From Curvularia clavata (lineage: Eukaryota): a stretch of DNA of 64,000 nucleotides. This document shows, piece after piece, positions 59,810-64,000 of this stretch; the first letter of the stretch is position 1; each line of letters begins with the position of its first letter. The notes below the pieces were generated by a model. The model had not been told where the DNA came from. It made no database searches and saw only the letters and a program-made list of their open reading frames with translations. The stretch spans positions 806,001-870,000 of the forward strand of contig CP089279.1 in assembly GCA_023920165.1 (NCBI GenBank). The letters run 5' to 3'. A program made the translations under genes and the position numbers.

Positions 59810-61051
59810 TCAAACACTAACCCACTCATACGGCGGCAAGTTGGACTCATCAGGCTGATCACCCGGCAACAACTTGTATGCCTTAGACTTGCACAATGTC
59901 CACGCAATCGCGTCTCTTACTTTAATCCCCCACGCCGTCTGGGGAAACGCCAGCTGCGGGTACCCAGGCGGCAAATCCCCCTCCTTCGCTATGACAGCTT
60001 GAAAAGCTTTTTCATAGGCCTTCAGCGCACCAGGAACATCATCGGTGGATTTGATCTTGGATAACTCTCCAGCGAGAAAATAGGCGCCCTCGATAGCCAG
60101 CGTTGTTCCCACTCCAAAAGTAGCATGTGCCGCGTCGCCCAGCAAAGTAGCACGGTGTTTCGTCCAAGTAGGAAGTCTGACGCGTGCCATCCTGCTCATG
60201 TAGAAATCGTCACACTCATCCATTCCTGCCAGGATCCGCTCAGCCTGCCATCCAGCGTCTTTGAAGTACTCGTGCAAGAAAGCTTTCTGGGCATCTGGTC
60301 CCGCGTCCATGGCTTTCTCGGCAACGGGATCACGCTGCCCGTGCTGGGGTGTTGTTACAACTATATAGCATCCTACTGTCTTCTCATTGCGGTGCGGTCG
60401 CGTCATGAGTCCTCGGCCTTTCGTTGCGTTGTACCAGTACCAGTGTTTTGTATCGGTTGACTGGCGAGGAATGCTGAAGAAAGCGGTGTACTGTCCGATG
60501 AAGTTGTAACTATCCTTTCTCTCCTCTTCACTTAGAATCAATGATCGAATCCTTGAGGTTGAGCCGTCTGCGCCCACGATCAAGTCGAAGCTTTCCTTGT
60601 CCCCATTTTCAAACTCCACATCTACTTTTCTTTCGGTCTGCTCGATTGCCCTAACGTAGTCACCGTACGTGTACTTTACGTTTTGGCGATTCTTTGTCGC
60701 GTCTACAAAAAGACTGCACAGATCTGCTCTCAGAATCTCGTATTCAGCCGTGGCGGATCTTCCTTTGCCAAACTCGGCAATGACTTTGTTGGATGAGTCT
60801 ATGATGCGTGTCCCTATTTCTGTGGTGTTGTACGCGCGGATGGCCTCGAGCAGATTCATTTTCTGTACAATGGAAATAGCTGGACCTCGAATATCGATTG
60901 ACTGGCCTGTTGCTCTAGGGGTAGGTGAGCGTTCAAGGACGGTAATTGATGCATTGAGATTTGTTCTGCTGAGCCAGTAGGCAAGGCAAGAGCCGGCGAT
61001 TCCAGCACCATTGACGAGGATTTTTAGTTGAGGGGCTGTAGCTAACGACAT
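59810..61051 (-). CDS. FAD-dependent monooxygenase/oxidoreductase
   Basis: GAGIAG, GQSIDIRG, DLIVGADG and LLGDAAH. Confidence 0.93.
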   Translation of the reverse strand: MSLATAPQLKILVNGAGIAGSCLAYWLSRTNLNASITVLERSPTPRATGQSIDIRGPAISIVQKMNLLEAIRAYNTTEIGTRIIDSSNKVIAEFGKGRSATAEYEILRADLCSLFVDATKNRQNVKYTYGDYVRAIEQTERKVDVEFENGDKESFDLIVGADGSTSRIRSLILSEEERKDSYNFIGQYTAFFSIPRQSTDTKHWYWYNATKGRGLMTRPHRNEKTVGCYIVVTTPQHGQRDPVAEKAMDAGPDAQKAFLHEYFKDAGWQAERILAGMDECDDFYMSRMARVRLPTWTKHRATLLGDAAHATFGVGTTLAIEGAYFLAGELSKIKSTDDVPGALKAYEKAFQAVIAKEGDLPPGYPQLAFPQTAWGIKVRDAIAWTLCKSKAYKLLPGDQPDESNLPPYEWVSV

Positions 61052-61602
61052 GTTTGCTGATCGATTATTTTTTAAAATGCGGTTCGGGTGCAGATTTCAT
61101 CGAGCGGGATGGTGATTATATACGCTCGACTTGTTGCAGTAGTCTTTCAGGCATCCATAATACAAGCGGGAAAGACCATCCGACCACCAGGTTCCTGTGC
61201 ATCCATAGAAGGCACGTTGCCATGCGCGTAGCGGCGAAGCATATCCCCGGGTCCCGACACTTGTCAAGATTGAACATTCTAAGAAGAGATAAGCATCATA
61301 TCAAATCCCTGCGCTCTGGTCATGTTTCATGGCTTGTACAGATTGTGGAAGCTTGCCAGACATGTCGGTGTTTTGAAGTTTCCGCAGCCAATCACAGCTC
61401 CTAAAGACGTCCCTGCTTGACCCGGAATCCCCGAAAGTCCGACAAACCTCTGGATTATGAGCTTGCAATCATACATGGTATCCCTTCTGGAACATTGATG
61501 ATGTCATTGGGCGAGAAAAAAAGGCGGGCAAGGCGTCCCTTCGTGTCCCCATCGAGATGATGACTCCAGTAGACCCCTCCTCAACACACCATTATCAACA
61601 CT

Positions 61603-62376
61603 ATGGCACGCATTCTCATCACAGGCTCTTCTGATGGCCTGGGCGCTGCCGCCGCCCAGCGTCTAATCGCCAACGGCCACTCTGTTGTCCTGCACGCCCG
61701 CAATGCTCAGCGCGCAAAGGATGCTACCGCTGCGTGTCCAGGCGCAGAAACTGTCGTAACCGGCGACCTATCGAGTCTCTCCGAGACCAAGAAGATGGCA
61801 GAAGAAGTCAACAAACTAGGTACCTTCGACGCCGTTATTCACAACGCCGGTCTGTTCCGAGGCCCTTACCGGAAAACACCTGAAGGCATTCCAGCACTCG
61901 CAGCCGTCAACACTATTGCGCCATACGTCCTCACTGCACTTATCAAACGTCCCAAGCGCCTGGTATTTCTCTCTTCAGAGATGCACCAGCATGGTTCTCC
62001 GGACCTGGACGATGTTCTTTGGACCAAGCGTGGGGAGACGGCGTACAGCGAAAACCCTGCCTACTGCGCAAGCAAACTCCATAACGTCATGTTCGCAAAG
62101 GCATTTGCTCGCAGGTGGCCAGAAGTCAAGAGCAATGCACTGGATCCTGGCTGGGTTGCAACCAAGATGGGCGGTAGTTCTGCACCTGAGAGCATCGATG
62201 CGGCCGTTGAGAGCTATGTCATGCTTGCCGTTGGCGAAGAGCTGGCAAAGAAGAGTGGATGCTATTTTCATCCAAGCAAGCGGGAGGGCCGCCCACACAA
62301 GGCTACCGAAGATGAACAGGCTCAGGACAAGTTGTTGGAGATTTGTGCTGAGTTTTCTGGCGTTAAGCTGTCATAA
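61603..62376 (+). CDS. Short-chain dehydrogenase/reductase
   Basis: TGSSDGLG, HNAG, YCASK and PGWVATKMGG. Confidence 0.94.
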   Translation: MARILITGSSDGLGAAAAQRLIANGHSVVLHARNAQRAKDATAACPGAETVVTGDLSSLSETKKMAEEVNKLGTFDAVIHNAGLFRGPYRKTPEGIPALAAVNTIAPYVLTALIKRPKRLVFLSSEMHQHGSPDLDDVLWTKRGETAYSENPAYCASKLHNVMFAKAFARRWPEVKSNALDPGWVATKMGGSSAPESIDAAVESYVMLAVGEELAKKSGCYFHPSKREGRPHKATEDEQAQDKLLEICAEFSGVKLS

Positions 62377-62498
62377 AAATCTCCCCTTCAATGAAAACAT
62401 GACCACGAATAGCCTGCCTGATAAATACATGGGTTATCAGATACATACAGTTCCATAGTCGAAGATTTGAACCGGAGTTCCACATCTGTGGGGAGAAA

Positions 62499-64000
62499 TC
62501 ATCTCAGGCCCCAATTAAACCACACCTTTACCTCGTCATCCCTTGAGTCATTCTCTCCGTCTTTCTGCTCCTCATCTTCCTCCTCACCTTCCTCCTCTTC
62601 TGCCCATGGTTTGTATCCAGTGTTTCTCGCAGCAAGCCTTTTTGCAACTTCGTTTGCTTCGACCAGACTAACCAGTCGTCTCTTATGACCCTTGCTTTGA
62701 CCTTCAGCAAAGTCTTTGCAAACTTGCAATACCTTTTCCGTGCTAGAGCGGCCATCCCCAGCCTCCTGCACGAAGGAACTCGGATCCCTTCCTAGCATAC
62801 CCTTGATTTGATAATACATGTAAACTGATATACCATGTCTCATCCGATCTCTATACCGTCCATCGGTTGAAAGGGATGGCGGGTTGCTGAAGATCTCTTT
62901 TGAGAGATACGAGTCTTCTGCAATCTCAAATGGGGTACGTCCTGATGCATTCTCGTAGAAAAGGATTTCAGGGCGATAGCTGAGCATGGTTCGCAGCAAG
63001 GTATCGGCGCCGTACCTTACAACGGCATGGATGGGCGTGTCCCCATCACCATTGATAATTCCGAGGTCTTCACCTTTGCTGAACTCAAGTAACAGCTGTA
63101 CCACTGTCTCTCCGTATTTTTTATCAGGGCGTCGTTCCCACTCCTTCACATTACCATGGATCCAACATGCAAGCGGCGTAGCTGCGTTCTGGGTCCTCTC
63201 GAAGAATAAGCTGGGAAGAAGACGAGCATCGATCAAGCCTAACAGCTCACGTAGAATTCCGGGAGTACTCTCGGTAGTGTTGTAACCATCCAACATAGAG
63301 TGTATGATGTTGTTCCCGTCGTTATTTCGTGTCGTCTGATCAGCCCCAACTTCTAGGAGAATCTTGACCATTTCAACCCGGTGAAGAGCAAATGCGATAT
63401 GCAGTGGCGTCATACCACTCGTAGAGCGCTTTTCAAGCGCTTCGGGGTAATTTCTGCACAAATTTCGGAGCATCAACAAGGATTCTTCGCTCTTTGCGCC
63501 CATCACCACGCAATGAAGCAGCAAGTGAGAATGCAAGTCAAGCCATTTAGTAATGGATGCCTCAACACCGCCCTTTGCCTTTGCTAGATTCTGAATTCGA
63601 ACGTCGTCGCGGTGAGTATCCGCAAATTGCAAATAACAACGAAGAGGCGCATCCCCCAAGAACCATTCAACACTCTGCAAGCTTCCGGAGTAAGCAGCCC
63701 ACAGCAAGGGTGGATGTCGCATGTCGGGAACTCTGTGCCCAGCTCCTCTCGCAGCATTTGCCCAGTCGGCTCGCTTCTTCCCGTGGACAGAGAGTCCTTG
63801 ATAGTACGCGGGCTTCATGGGTATCTCAATACCACTCTGCTCAACAAGATCGTTCAATGGAAAGCCTGCTCCAGTTCGCTGTATAATCTTTTCAAGCAGC
63901 TGAACTCGTCCAAGACGAAGGGCATAGAGGAAGTCGGCCTCAGGAAAATCGAAGACCTTCGGACTGGCTTCGTTGGAAGTCCAAGGGGTGGGATGGGCAT
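62499..64000 (-). CDS. Ankyrin-repeat protein (3' part; reading frame stays open to the window edge)
   Basis: PPLLWAA, GMTPLHIAF, GDTPIHAVV and GRTPFEIA; no stop codon between 63857 and 63998. Confidence 0.88.
   Translation of the reverse strand, partial: AHPTPWTSNEASPKVFDFPEADFLYALRLGRVQLLEKIIQRTGAGFPLNDLVEQSGIEIPMKPAYYQGLSVHGKKRADWANAARGAGHRVPDMRHPPLLWAAYSGSLQSVEWFLGDAPLRCYLQFADTHRDDVRIQNLAKAKGGVEASITKWLDLHSHLLLHCVVMGAKSEESLLMLRNLCRNYPEALEKRSTSGMTPLHIAFALHRVEMVKILLEVGADQTTRNNDGNNIIHSMLDGYNTTESTPGILRELLGLIDARLLPSLFFERTQNAATPLACWIHGNVKEWERRPDKKYGETVVQLLLEFSKGEDLGIINGDGDTPIHAVVRYGADTLLRTMLSYRPEILFYENASGRTPFEIAEDSYLSKEIFSNPPSLSTDGRYRDRMRHGISVYMYYQIKGMLGRDPSSFVQEAGDGRSSTEKVLQVCKDFAEGQSKGHKRRLVSLVEANEVAKRLAARNTGYKPWAEEEEGEEEDEEQKDGENDSRDDEVKVWFNWGLR

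Overview
Gene-dense, intron-containing filamentous ascomycete DNA, probably a Pleosporales-type Dothideomycete (inferred from gene style and short GT-AG introns with CTRAC branch sites). About 28 protein-coding genes are supported. Conserved genes include CWC21, CDC123, an amino acid permease, a gEgh16/GAS1-family protein, three Zn2Cys6 regulators, SEN15, ERG24 and MRL1. An accessory-looking block (about 33-56 kb) holds a dynamin-like GTPase, an HExxH protein, a RING protein, a HET protein and an atypical kinase. A PhyH dioxygenase, FAD monooxygenase and SDR group lies near the right end. Two signals stand out. (1) A divergent two-gene fungal RiPP-like locus pairs a secreted, Kex2-site, YxxYxxYxxY-repeat precursor (its fourth repeat is hidden behind an intron) with a DUF3328/UstYa oxidase. 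(2) Four copies of a hairpin with an invariant asymmetric internal loop, a variable apical loop and one compensatory base change lie just downstream of the ERG24 stop codon; I do not recognise this element. All gene models were read by eye and no database searches were run.
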